Assembly: GCA_027459565.1 (NCBI GenBank)
Contig: DAIDIA010000263.1
Coordinates: forward strand, 1-55,278
Source of the DNA: Acidimicrobiaceae bacterium
GTDB lineage: Bacteria > Actinomycetota > Acidimicrobiia > Acidimicrobiales > Bog-793
DNA: 55,278 nucleotides
Direction of reading: 5' to 3'
The notes beneath the pieces were generated by a model that did not search any database, was not told the origin of the DNA, and worked only from the letters and a program-made list of their open reading frames with translations. Each line of letters opens with the position of its first letter. Positions within the stretch are counted from its first letter, which is position 1. Position numbers and translations under genes: made by a program. Below, piece after piece: positions 37,491 through 46,401 of the stretch.

Positions 37491-38459
37491 CTACCTGTTG
37501 TACACCGCGTTGCTGATCGAGAAGAGGTAGCAGCTTCCCGCCTCAACCTGTGGCAGCACCGTGCGGACTCGCTGGCGGCCGGCAAGCTTCGCCGTGAATG
37601 TGGCAGACGAAATCACCGTCGGCGCAGTTCCGCTTGAATTCGCGCGCAGCGTCACGTTACGCACATTGACCCAGCGTCGAAGCGACGTGTTGAATCGCTG
37701 GAGCGTCACGTATCTGCCAGCAAACCTCGCCGCGGCAAAGACGCGAAGCGTGTAGCGGTTGACGCTGATCCGCCTCAGCGCCTCGCGAGGCTTGACCTGG
37801 GCGAGCACGTTGTTGCTCGCCGCGCTCTTCACCTTGGCCGAGTACACCGTCTTGTTCAAAGGCTTGGCTGAAAAGACGAAGTTCCCGCCAGTTGTGGTCG
37901 TGACGTTACCGACCGTGCTCGCTCCTGCCTGCCCGCAGGCTTGCGCAAGAATCTGCACGTTCTCTCCCGAGCGCTGGTCAGAGACCGTTCCTGACAGCCT
38001 CTCGAGTCGCCCGTATGCTGCCACTCCCGGTGTGACTGCCAGCGACACTGAGGGTGAGACCTTGGAGACGACAACTGTCCCCGAGTAGGTCTTGTTCTTC
38101 ATGGTCGGGTCCGAATAGGAGTACGTCCCCGGACTGTGGAAGCTGCACTGGCCATATCCGCCAGGCTGCAGGACAAGCGGGTTGGCGCTGCAGGTCACGC
38201 CGGATTTCTTGTTGAAGGCCACCTCGTGTACCACGAGATCGCCATTGACAAAGCCAATGGAATCGCCGACGGCGACAGATGATGTGTTTGGCACATATCC
38301 GAGTGCCGTCACCGACACGGTCTGTGTTGCGGCCGAAGCCACTCCCGCGGTCACAATGCCAAAGGCCAGAAACATTGAAGTCACACCAAGTCCAGCAAGC
38401 GCGCGCCGAAAGACGTGAACCGACCTTTCCTGTCGTGAGTCGCCATGAAACAGTCGCAT
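37491..38459 (-). CDS. secreted protein with N-terminal cupredoxin-like beta-sandwich (no Cys/His copper ligands) and C-terminal Ig-like region
   Basis: Signal/TM segment GVTSMFLAFGIVTAGVASA. VAVGDSIGFVNGDLVVHEVAF...PGTYSYSDPTMKNKTYSGTVVV resembles plastocyanin-like domains, but the C-x2-H-x4-M site is absent. The rest is Thr/Ser/Val-rich beta sequence. Confidence 0.55.
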   Translation of the reverse strand: MRLFHGDSRQERSVHVFRRALAGLGVTSMFLAFGIVTAGVASAATQTVSVTALGYVPNTSSVAVGDSIGFVNGDLVVHEVAFNKKSGVTCSANPLVLQPGGYGQCSFHSPGTYSYSDPTMKNKTYSGTVVVSKVSPSVSLAVTPGVAAYGRLERLSGTVSDQRSGENVQILAQACGQAGASTVGNVTTTTGGNFVFSAKPLNKTVYSAKVKSAASNNVLAQVKPREALRRISVNRYTLRVFAAARFAGRYVTLQRFNTSLRRWVNVRNVTLRANSSGTAPTVISSATFTAKLAGRQRVRTVLPQVEAGSCYLFSISNAVYNR

Positions 38460-38969
38460 CTCGTACCTCCCAATGTTGGAACCCGCGCAAGTTGCACGTA
38501 TTACTCAGTACGTCGCCCGGGGCGCTCGCTTTGTTACAAATAGGCGACGTGCGCACGGCTTTCATGATCCATTTGTGATGTATCTGTTACGGCATTGCTC
38601 GCATTTGCCAGAAACACCGGCGTTTGTCCTCTTGCTCCGCGTGCGCGCGGCCGATGATTGTTTGGCTTGTGTCGAGAGAATCCGACCTCCAGGAGCGAGA
38701 GATGACTGTCGCGCGCGGTGGCGGTCCCCGTGATGCGCGGCGTCGTTGGGCCAAGCGGTCACATTCGACGCGTTGTGACGCGATGGTGATCTCGCCTCCG
38801 ATGAGCCAGGCCCCCCTCACCGTGTGATCGCGGTGTATCACGTGGCCTGGCTGGAACTCGCGTCGGGCGCGCCAATGCACGGTCGTGCAATCCGGGGACT
38901 CGGGCAGGGCGAGAATGCGCGCTGTGGGCGAGGGGTTCAAACTTTCGAACCGATGTAGCATGCGAGGCA

Positions 38970-39365
38970 ATGACGGATTCGAGTAGCGCCTTCGACCTCG
39001 ATCTCGCCCTTTCATCGCTGCACGCCGATGGAGGAGACATTCAGTTGATGTTTCGCCTCCTCATCGAGCGGCTCTCCGCGGCGCTCGGGGACCGCCTACG
39101 CGTCGAACGAGCGGGCCGGTTGCGCAGAGATGGAAAGATCCGGCGGGTCGAGATTCAACTCTCGGGTGTAACGCTCATCGCCGAGTTGACTGACGGAGCG
39201 CCGCGATTCCTCATCGGTCAGGTCTCGGGCGGTATCCGGATCAGAACCGACGTCACCGATGTCGCGGGGTGGCTCAAATTGCTTCTCGACACGTTGACCG
39301 CCGAATCTGAACACAGCACGATCACCCGACAGGCGCTTGAAGCCATCATCATCGGAGGAAACTGA
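38970..39365 (+). CDS. hypothetical 131-aa protein, first gene of the tandem-YbjQ operon
   Basis: ORF MTDSSSAFDLDLALSSLHADGGDIQLMFRLLIERL.... Its stop TGA (39363-39365) overlaps the ATG of the next gene by 1 nt. No domain recognised. The SD spacing for the ATG at 38970 is poor, so the exact start is uncertain. Confidence 0.55.
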   Translation: MTDSSSAFDLDLALSSLHADGGDIQLMFRLLIERLSAALGDRLRVERAGRLRRDGKIRRVEIQLSGVTLIAELTDGAPRFLIGQVSGGIRIRTDVTDVAGWLKLLLDTLTAESEHSTITRQALEAIIIGGN

Positions 39366-40174
39366 TGCCAGACAAACCAGAGGGCCCTCCCGCGGATCTC
39401 CCGAAGGATGCCACGCACCGGCTCGAGGAGCTCGAGCACGGAATGTTCACATCGGACCTCTCGGTGAATGAGTTCCTTCTCGTCAAGGATGCTGGGTTCC
39501 ATCCCCTCGGGTTCGTCATGGGGTCGTCGATCTACCACATCGGCCTCCAGACGCGGAAATGGAGCTCGAGTCAAGAGCTTGTCAACCTCACCTTGGCGAT
39601 GTATGCCGCGCGTGAACTGGCGGTGACGCGCATGGAGGAGGAGGCCATCGAACTCGGCGCCGATGGCGTGGTTGGGGTGCGTCTCGATGTGAACTACTAC
39701 GAATTCGGAGCCGATACCGCCGAATTCATCGCGATGGGTACGGCGATCAAGGCGGAGGACGGCCGCTCCTATCGCAACGTCGAGGGAAAGCCCTTCACCT
39801 CTGATCTCTCAGGTCAGGCCTTCTGGACGTTGCGACGCGTCGGCCATCTCCCCCTTGGACTCGTCATGGGTACCTGCGTGTATCACATTGCGCATCGAGG
39901 AATCGGACAGACGATCTCCCAGGTCGGCAAGAACACCGAACTTCCGAACTACTCCCAGGCGCTCTATGACGCCCGTGAGCTCGCGATGACACGCATGCAA
40001 GATGAGGCAACGAGACTCGGCGCGTCGGGCATCGTGGAGGTGAAGCTGATCGAGAAATCACACATGTGGGGGAGCCATACCATCGAGTTCCTCGCACTTG
40101 GAACGGCCGTGACCAAAGAGGAGGGCTCCGCCCCCCTTCTTTCGCCTCAGACGATTATCTCGCTCGACAACTAG
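39365..40174 (+). CDS. tandem (2x) YbjQ/UPF0145 (DUF74, 'heavy-metal-binding') domain protein, paralogue A
   Basis: Two repeat units: FTSDLSVNEFLLVKDAGFHPLGFV...EEEAIELGADGVVGVRLD...AMGTAIK, and FTSDLSGQAFWTLRRVGHLPLGLV...DEATRLGASGIVEVKL...ALGTAVT. Compare the E. coli YbjQ C-terminal pattern A..LGADAVVG...GTAV. Confidence 0.85.
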   Translation: MPDKPEGPPADLPKDATHRLEELEHGMFTSDLSVNEFLLVKDAGFHPLGFVMGSSIYHIGLQTRKWSSSQELVNLTLAMYAARELAVTRMEEEAIELGADGVVGVRLDVNYYEFGADTAEFIAMGTAIKAEDGRSYRNVEGKPFTSDLSGQAFWTLRRVGHLPLGLVMGTCVYHIAHRGIGQTISQVGKNTELPNYSQALYDARELAMTRMQDEATRLGASGIVEVKLIEKSHMWGSHTIEFLALGTAVTKEEGSAPLLSPQTIISLDN

Positions 40175-40178
40175 CGCA

Positions 40179-41060
40179 ATGACTCCGTCACCCCCGCGTC
40201 CATCTGCGTGGTCTTCCGGACTCTCGACGAACGACTTCGCTGCCTGTCTTGGCGCCGGGTTGCAACCGCTCGGCTTTGTGCAGGGATGCTCTGTGGTCTC
40301 GTGGAACTTCTACTCCGCGCAGTCATCCATGATGGGCATGGGATTTGGGCTCAACCAGATGCGTGGATACACCGAGCAGTACAGCTGTCCGCACGGTTTT
40401 GTCTCAACCGAGCATCGCATGTACGGATTGAACTACCAGAAGACCTGGATCGAAGAGGCGTGGACCGAGACATTCGCCGCCGCGAAGCGGAGACTCCTTT
40501 CCGAGGCAGCAGCGCTCGGCGCACACGGTGTCATCGATGTCGTCGATCGATCCATCCATCACGCAGAGAATGCAACCTTCGAGATAGCGCTCTCGGGTAC
40601 GGCGGTGGCCATTGAGGGCGTTGCCCGACCCGAGGTGCCGTTCACGACATTCCTCGCGGGACAGAAACTCAACAAACTCGTTGAAGCCGGGTTCGCCCCG
40701 GTCGACATTGCGCTCGGAATCACCGCGGTCGGAGTCATCGCATCGTGCATTACGGAATACCAGACGCGCGGCGGTGGAATCGCCTTCGGTGGCAACGTCG
40801 GTGGTTGGGGAGGTTCGCAGACTGGGGAGATCGAACAGGTCGTACGCGCACAGGGCGCGGCGCGCCGTCTCGTGCGAGAGCGGGTCCGCTCCGAACTCAA
40901 TGGCGATACCCTGCACGGAGCGTCGCTGAGTGTGCGAACTATCGAGTCGAGCGAAGGTCCACAGATCGAGGCTCTGATACGGGGAAACCGGGTGCGATCC
41001 TTCAAAGCATTCGCCGCACTGGCTCCACCCCGCCCGGTCGTTCAGCTGGTCGACCGATGA
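40179..41060 (+). CDS. tandem (2x) YbjQ/UPF0145-like domain protein, paralogue B (most divergent)
   Basis: Unit 1 is SSGLSTNDFAACLGAGLQPLGFV...SEAAALGAHGVIDVV...LSGTAVA, with a ~40-aa insertion. Unit 2 is FTTFLAGQKLNKLVEAGFAPVDIA..., with a Gly-rich insert GGGIAFGGNVGGWGGS and a degenerate end IRGNRV. It starts 4 nt after the upstream stop. Confidence 0.75.
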   Translation: MTPSPPRPSAWSSGLSTNDFAACLGAGLQPLGFVQGCSVVSWNFYSAQSSMMGMGFGLNQMRGYTEQYSCPHGFVSTEHRMYGLNYQKTWIEEAWTETFAAAKRRLLSEAAALGAHGVIDVVDRSIHHAENATFEIALSGTAVAIEGVARPEVPFTTFLAGQKLNKLVEAGFAPVDIALGITAVGVIASCITEYQTRGGGIAFGGNVGGWGGSQTGEIEQVVRAQGAARRLVRERVRSELNGDTLHGASLSVRTIESSEGPQIEALIRGNRVRSFKAFAALAPPRPVVQLVDR

Positions 41061-41890
41061 GCGATGAGATGATTGCGGAGATGCGCGCGGCGATCACCTC
41101 GCTCGGCAGGGGTCCCTCGCGCGATGACCGGTCGGTCACCTCCGACCTTTCGATCGATGAGACGTTGCTCCTCCATGGGATGGGGTATGAGCCGGTCGAT
41201 CTCGTCACGGGTATCTCTGTCGTCGCGATCCCCTATGGAACTTTCATCGTCCCCTATGGGCAGGGATCCCCGATCGAGCTCTCTCACGCCAAGGACGCAC
41301 TCTCGCTCGCGTTTCGAAACGGGGCAGAGCGGCTACGCAAGGAGTGCGAGGCGGCTGATGGTGTTGGCGTCGTCGGCGTCGAGGTCGAGGTTGAGGTCGA
41401 TGGCCGGAGCGCCACGGTGACCTTCACCGGAACGGCTGTGACGCCGATCGGTCATGGGAAGAAGTCCCCGGGCCGCCCGTTCGTCACGGACCTCTCCGTG
41501 CGCGACTTCGTGCTGCTCGAGCGCGCTGGCTGGGCCCCGATCGATCTGGTCGCGGGTTCGGGATTCGTTGCCGCGCCCGTACAGGGTGTACGCCAGAGGA
41601 TCTCCCAGGTCGGTCAGAACATCGAACTCCCGGTGATCACCAGGTCATTGCAGATCGCTCGCGAGCGGGCGATGGATCAGATGCAGACTGCGGCGCTCGC
41701 GATGCATGCGGCGGGGGTCGTCGACGTCTCAATTATCGACGGACCTCTTGGGCATTCTCGCCACGTGTGTGCCTTCATCTGTTATGGGACAGCGATTCGT
41801 CTCGTTGCCGACCGGCATCAGCGCATCGAGCCCGAGCTCATGCTCGCGATGGATGACCGTATTGCGTTTCAAGCGAGCTCGGTGCACTGA
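41057..41890 (+). CDS. tandem (2x) YbjQ/UPF0145 domain protein, paralogue C
   Basis: The ATG at 41057 overlaps the upstream stop (ATGA, 41057-41060). Units are VTSDLSIDETLLLHGMGYEPVDLV...AADGVGVVGVEVEV...FTGTAVT and FVTDLSVRDFVLLERAGWAPIDLV...AMHAAGVVDVSI...CYGTAIR. The track start at 40745 is over-extended. Confidence 0.85.
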   Translation: MSDEMIAEMRAAITSLGRGPSRDDRSVTSDLSIDETLLLHGMGYEPVDLVTGISVVAIPYGTFIVPYGQGSPIELSHAKDALSLAFRNGAERLRKECEAADGVGVVGVEVEVEVDGRSATVTFTGTAVTPIGHGKKSPGRPFVTDLSVRDFVLLERAGWAPIDLVAGSGFVAAPVQGVRQRISQVGQNIELPVITRSLQIARERAMDQMQTAALAMHAAGVVDVSIIDGPLGHSRHVCAFICYGTAIRLVADRHQRIEPELMLAMDDRIAFQASSVH

Positions 41891-42122
41891 ATTCCGTTTC
41901 GGCGCCACGACGCGCTGCGGTGCGCATCGTTGAACCGGTAACCGGTCGGCGCAGTCCTGGCTCGGTGCTGTTCGCCGTCCCAGATTCGTATCCACCGAGG
42001 TCCTCCGTGATATCGATGGCGAGGTGACGGTAACCGCGTACCACTTCATCTTGGAAGGCCGATTCGAGGTCTGCGAGATAATCCCCGTCACCAAAGCTGA
42101 TGGGTCCACGCATGGATCGCAT
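41838..42122 (-). CDS. possible small acidic hypothetical protein downstream of the MarP-like gene
   Basis: 94-aa ORF MRSMRGPISFGDGDYLADLESAFQDEVVRGYRHLAIDITEDLGGYE.... It is on the same strand and 92 nt downstream of the protease gene. Its 3' end would overlap the convergent gene by 53 nt. No homology recognised. Confidence 0.25.
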   Translation of the reverse strand: MRSMRGPISFGDGDYLADLESAFQDEVVRGYRHLAIDITEDLGGYESGTANSTEPGLRRPVTGSTMRTAARRGAETEFSAPSSLETQYGHPSRA

Positions 42123-42214
42123 TGAAGGAGATGGGCGGGTTGCCCATCGTGAAGTTTCTAAAGTTCGGACCAGAGTTGTCGTTGACCCTGGGGACGCTAC
42201 GCAACTCGATCAGC

Positions 42215-43417
42215 TCAGCCCGTCGTGCAGGCTCCGGTAGTTACCGTCGAGGTGGAGGACTCCGCCGTCGCGATGTCGCGATTCACTGCGGGCAGCGCCA
42301 GCGCGTAACCGACGCCGGCATTCGTCGTCGAGCGGGCGAACACGACTCCGATGACCGTGCCATCGCGGATCCCGTCGGCTGCGTCACCCGACGCGATGAG
42401 CGGACCACCCGAGTTACCGGGTTGGACCACCGCGTCGAGTTCGTAGATCTCTCTCGTGACCTCGGCGTTGCCGTAGATGTCGAGTCCCGTGGCTTTGAAG
42501 GAGTCCGCGACGCCTGCTGGCACCGCCTTCAATGGGCCCCCTTCGGGGTACCCGAGCACGGCCGCGGTGGTGCCGCGGCCAACGACTGCGGAACCCCCGA
42601 GCATTGAGACGGACGGGGCACGCAGGCCCGGTACGCGAAGCACGGCGATGTCGAGCTGGGGATCGTAGAGGGCCGCCGTCGCGGAGTGGTCGCCGGACTG
42701 GTCGATCACGAACGGGCGCGAGATGCCAGCGACGACATGGGCATTGGTGACGACGAGTCCCGGCGCCACCACAAAGCCGGAGCCCTCCTTAATGACTCCG
42801 CAACCCGAACCCTCGATCTTGATCGTCGATGGGGCATCGGTGGCAACCGCTGGAGCGATAGCTGAACTGCTCGGAGGAGTGATCGGAGAAGCGACCTGTG
42901 GAGGTAGACCCGCGAACACAACTGGGAATCCCTCCGATGCCAGGAAGGACGCGATGCGCGAGAAGACCGTCGGTGGCGCCGGCAGCAGCCTGTCAGCGGT
43001 CCGGAGGATACGTGAGTTGGCCACCGCGGAGTTGAGCGAGGTGAATCGACTGTTGGCAATGACTCCTGCCACGAGCCAGACCGCAAGAATGGTGGCGGAC
43101 ACCGCCACTACGGCGCCCGCGACTGAATCGACTGGGCCGAGGTGGATCCGTCGAAGCGCGAGGCTCGAATGAACGCCGAGGTATCGGCCAACTCCGCCGA
43201 GGATCCCAGCCATTCCAAAGATGACGACGGCCGCGATGATCGACTTGCTTGCGGTGGTGTGAACAAGACCGACCAGAGAGGGGACCGCAAGGGCTCCGAC
43301 GAAGAGTCCCAGCCAGAACCCGCCGAACGAGAGGACCTGGATGGCAGCGCCGAGTCGCAGGCCATGTATGACGGAAATAGCGATGAGGACCAGCAGCACT
43401 ATGTCCACCGAATTCAT
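42215..43417 (-). CDS. MarP-like membrane serine protease (CvpA-family TM domain + S1C trypsin-like domain)
   Basis: N-terminal MNSVDIVLLVLIAISVIHGLRLG..., four TM helices (CvpA-like). The protease domain has GSGFVVAPGLVVTNAHVV (His), DIAVLRV (Asp) and QPGNSGGPL (Ser). This is the same architecture as mycobacterial MarP (Rv3671c). Confidence 0.85.
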   Translation of the reverse strand: MNSVDIVLLVLIAISVIHGLRLGAAIQVLSFGGFWLGLFVGALAVPSLVGLVHTTASKSIIAAVVIFGMAGILGGVGRYLGVHSSLALRRIHLGPVDSVAGAVVAVSATILAVWLVAGVIANSRFTSLNSAVANSRILRTADRLLPAPPTVFSRIASFLASEGFPVVFAGLPPQVASPITPPSSSAIAPAVATDAPSTIKIEGSGCGVIKEGSGFVVAPGLVVTNAHVVAGISRPFVIDQSGDHSATAALYDPQLDIAVLRVPGLRAPSVSMLGGSAVVGRGTTAAVLGYPEGGPLKAVPAGVADSFKATGLDIYGNAEVTREIYELDAVVQPGNSGGPLIASGDAADGIRDGTVIGVVFARSTTNAGVGYALALPAVNRDIATAESSTSTVTTGACTTG

Positions 43418-43833
43418 ATGTAGATCCTCCACCGAATTCTTTGAAACACGATATAGCTAATGTCGGCTGGCGTATTGATGCACTTTCTCACGAAAATTCA
43501 TTAAGAAACCGTGAGCGCAATCGTTAGGCTGAATTCGATATTGAATACGGGGACCGCACAGAACAGTTGGCCCAATCGTCGATTTGAGAGACGACTTGCA
43601 ACTGTGGGCCTCAAGACATCAGAGAGACGGCCAGTCGCGTGGTTTCCCGGGTGATGCTCACCGTTGATGGTCATCGCTTAACTTTTGCGAGTCCAGATCA
43701 TCCGAAGATGATCATTGTCGTGTTTGAACGCACGGAAACGTTCCAATTTCAGACCTCCAACTTGTGGGGCTCGGTTTTGCGTTTATCGCTACCGAATAAA
43801 CAAAAGTTTGAAATCGGAGATCATTTCCCGAGT

Positions 43834-43870
43834 GGAGAAATTCGAATTCCCAACCTTTTGATCCGTAGCC
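43834..43870. repeat. att-like partial copy of the tRNA-Arg 3' half (distal island boundary)
   Basis: GGAGAAATTCGAATTCCCAACCTTTTGATCCGTAGCC matches 50371-50407 (GGAGGAATTCGAATCCCCAACCTTCTGATCCGTAGTC) at 33 of 37 positions, in the same orientation. Confidence 0.7.
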
Positions 43871-44233
43871 ACGTACACGCCTTCTCGGCGTGTATCAGTG
43901 TGTCGCGTGGTGTCTCATTTGTCCGGCAAATAGTGCCAAAGCGAAATACTTCTGGATTTGGCTGCGACAGAGCGAGAAAGGATTTTGATAAGTTGTTGCT
44001 GAAAAGTTGGGTCATTTTTCGAAATTATTGGAACCTTCTGACGGTGCGGCACGGCCAGCTGGTGGGTCATCTACCGAGTTCCCGTCATTCATACCGTGGA
44101 TAACATGGCTGTTGGGCGACTGCGTACTGCTACACAGTCGTTTCACTTCGTGTACACCGTTGGACAAAAGAAGAAGTAGTGACAACGGACCACGGTTGTT
44201 TGCCCTAGCAGCATTGATGAAGGGATTCATTTG

Positions 44234-44593
44234 ATGACACTTGATGAGTTATTTCGAATCCCACTCACGATCGTCGTTGAGTCTCAAGAGCACGACCATA
44301 AATGGGTTCGGGTGGCAACGATTGAAGAGCTACCCGAACTCTCGGTGGTTGGCGAAGATATGGATGAACTCATAGGACGCGCAGAGCGCGAGCGACTTAT
44401 CTCACTGGCAGAGTTGGCCGTGCATCAGGGATGGACGCCGAACGGAAGTCCTCTCATGGATACATGCGTGCGTGCCGCGCTTTTGCAGGCAGATCTGGTT
44501 GAACTCCTGCCATATCTTGAACTCGATGTCCAGGCCCTTCCAGTCGGATTAGTCGAGCAGATACGCGGTCGTATCGGAAGTTCCGCCGCGTAA
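44234..44593 (+). CDS. hypothetical protein (weak HicB/UPF0150-like N-terminus)
   Basis: 119-aa ORF. FRIPLTIVVESQEHDHKWVRVATIEELPELSVVGEDMDELIGRAE loosely follows the HicB-antitoxin N-domain pattern (beta-beta, then ELPG..., then G-x-T-x-EE). No HicA-like partner is nearby. Confidence 0.45.
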   Translation: MTLDELFRIPLTIVVESQEHDHKWVRVATIEELPELSVVGEDMDELIGRAERERLISLAELAVHQGWTPNGSPLMDTCVRAALLQADLVELLPYLELDVQALPVGLVEQIRGRIGSSAA

Positions 44594-44672
44594 GGAAGCG
44601 TGACGCAGTTATGGTGACATGTCGAGTACCTCGAGGGTTCTGTTTCGAGTGATCATTTTTTAAGGAGATCTT

Positions 44673-45974
44673 GTGGACGAGCACACGAACGATGCGTTGA
44701 CCAAGACAGGCCCCGGAACGCTCATGGGTAACTTGTTTCGCTCCTTCTGGCTACCCGTGCTACTCGAGTCTGAACTTGCGATACCAGGATGCCCGCCGGT
44801 TCAAGTCCGCCTCCTCGGTGAGGACCTCGTGGCATTCTGGGAGCCCGGCGGGGAGATGGGGCTTATTGATGCTCTTTGCGCACATCGATCAGCACCACTC
44901 TTCCTTGGTCGGTGTGAAGAGGGAGGCCTTCGCTGTATTTACCATGGTTGGAAGTTTGCAGCTAACGGTCAATGCATTGATCAACCGAACGAGCCACCTG
45001 ACAGCCGATTCAAAGAGCACGTTCGTCTCAGGGCCTACCCTTTGGCACGCCGTGGTGGGGTGATCTGGACGTACATGGGTCCAGACGCCGTGCCACCGCC
45101 ATTGCCCGATTTCGACTGGGCATTGGTACCGGAAAGTCATCGTTTCATTGCGAAATACATCGTCGACGCAAACTATCTCCAGAACATGGAAGGAGATATC
45201 GATTCGAGCCACGGTTCTTTTTTGCACAGCGCATTGGGGTCCGATGTGATCGAGGGAGCGCATCTAAATCGGAAGGGCTACAAGTACGAGAAGTACCTCA
45301 TGAAGAGTGGTAACCCTAAATTTTTTTGCAAGGATACAAACACTGGAGTTCTGATCGGAGCTCGTCGGCCAGCCGAAGACGACTCGTGGTATTGGCGTAT
45401 CACGCAATGGTTGCTACCTGCGTTCTCGCTTATTCCGGAAGAACCTCACCACGCGATCATTTGCAATATGCGAATTCCTATCGATGATGAACACAATGTT
45501 TTTTTCCGCATCCGTTGGCACCCTGAGCGGCCTCTGAGCGAGTTCGAGTTATACCAATGCAGAGAGGGTGGAGTCTTGTTTTCAGAGACTGAGCCGGGAA
45601 CGTTTCGACTTAAGGCGAATAAGCAGAATGATTACCTCATAGATCGCACGGTGCAAAATCTCTACACGTATTCCGGGATTAAGAGCATCCCCGCTCAGGA
45701 CGTGGCCGTGCAGGGAGCGATGCCGATAATTGATCGGACACGAGAACATCTTGGATCAAGTGACCTCGGAATCGTAACGGTTCGAAAGCGACTTCTCGCC
45801 GCGGCAACCGCATTGAGAGACCACGGATCTATTTCTGCGCCCAGTCTGTCAGGCGAATTTCGAGTGTTTCCCGTAGCAACTGTCTTGAAGCGGGAGATGG
45901 AGTTCTCAGAGGGCGCAGATGAGTCACTTCACGGTCGAGATCTCTCACTCGTTTCGAAAAACCCAGATAGCTAG
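44673..45974 (+). CDS. Rieske [2Fe-2S] non-haem-iron oxygenase, alpha subunit (phthalate/VanA/GbcA-type class)
   Basis: AAGGAG lies 6 nt before the GTG at 44673. Rieske motif CAHRSAPLFLGRCEEGGLRCIYHGWKF (C-x-H...C-x2-H). Mononuclear-iron motif NMEGDIDSSHGSFLH. Confidence 0.9.
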   Translation: MDEHTNDALTKTGPGTLMGNLFRSFWLPVLLESELAIPGCPPVQVRLLGEDLVAFWEPGGEMGLIDALCAHRSAPLFLGRCEEGGLRCIYHGWKFAANGQCIDQPNEPPDSRFKEHVRLRAYPLARRGGVIWTYMGPDAVPPPLPDFDWALVPESHRFIAKYIVDANYLQNMEGDIDSSHGSFLHSALGSDVIEGAHLNRKGYKYEKYLMKSGNPKFFCKDTNTGVLIGARRPAEDDSWYWRITQWLLPAFSLIPEEPHHAIICNMRIPIDDEHNVFFRIRWHPERPLSEFELYQCREGGVLFSETEPGTFRLKANKQNDYLIDRTVQNLYTYSGIKSIPAQDVAVQGAMPIIDRTREHLGSSDLGIVTVRKRLLAAATALRDHGSISAPSLSGEFRVFPVATVLKREMEFSEGADESLHGRDLSLVSKNPDS

Positions 45975-46401
45975 GAGTTGAGAGCAGGGTCAGTCATATC
46001 CATTCGGCATTCTCGAGCGATGCAGTTATTGCTGAACCTTTGGTCCATTCTTGCAAGTGTGAAGTGCTGAATGATTCGAGAGGAGTTGGCGAACTGCCGC
46101 GCCATGGTGATTGTCCTCGTGGTTCAGCGACCTGTTTCGCGACCCGGCCCGACCGCGTTTCGAGCGAGATGTGTAGGAAAGTCATGTTTGCGACCCTGAG
46201 TCAAGGAGTTCGCCTGGCCGAACAATCATGCCCACTCACCAAGCCGCTCATCCGGCGATCTGGGAGGCAACACGGCCAAAAGAGATCGGTCTGAGAAGGA
46301 CGATGTCGCAGCACCTGATCCTGCATTGGCCCAAAGGTCGTTGTGCTTAAGCGGGAGGGAAACGGTGCCAGCGACACTTGTCGAATGCCAGAATGCGACC
46401 C

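Noticed and set aside
38587-39015. 142-aa minus-strand ORF and other short ORFs in the 38460-38969 divergent intergenic region.
   Set aside because: The composition is Arg/Ser/Pro-rich, no motif is present, and it overlaps the start of the YbjQ-operon leader gene. Treated as a divergent promoter region.
43639-44103. 154-aa plus-strand ORF in the AT-rich stretch upstream of the island genes.
   Set aside because: It reads straight through the 37-bp tRNA-derived att repeat. It has no recognisable domain and unusual composition. It is more likely a chance ORF in AT-rich non-coding DNA.
44000-44233. HicA-type toxin partner for the HicB-like ORF at 44234-44593.
   Set aside because: No 60-90-aa ORF with a HicA-like sequence lies on either side. 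The upstream ORF 44007-44234 has no resemblance. A toxin-antitoxin pair cannot be supported.
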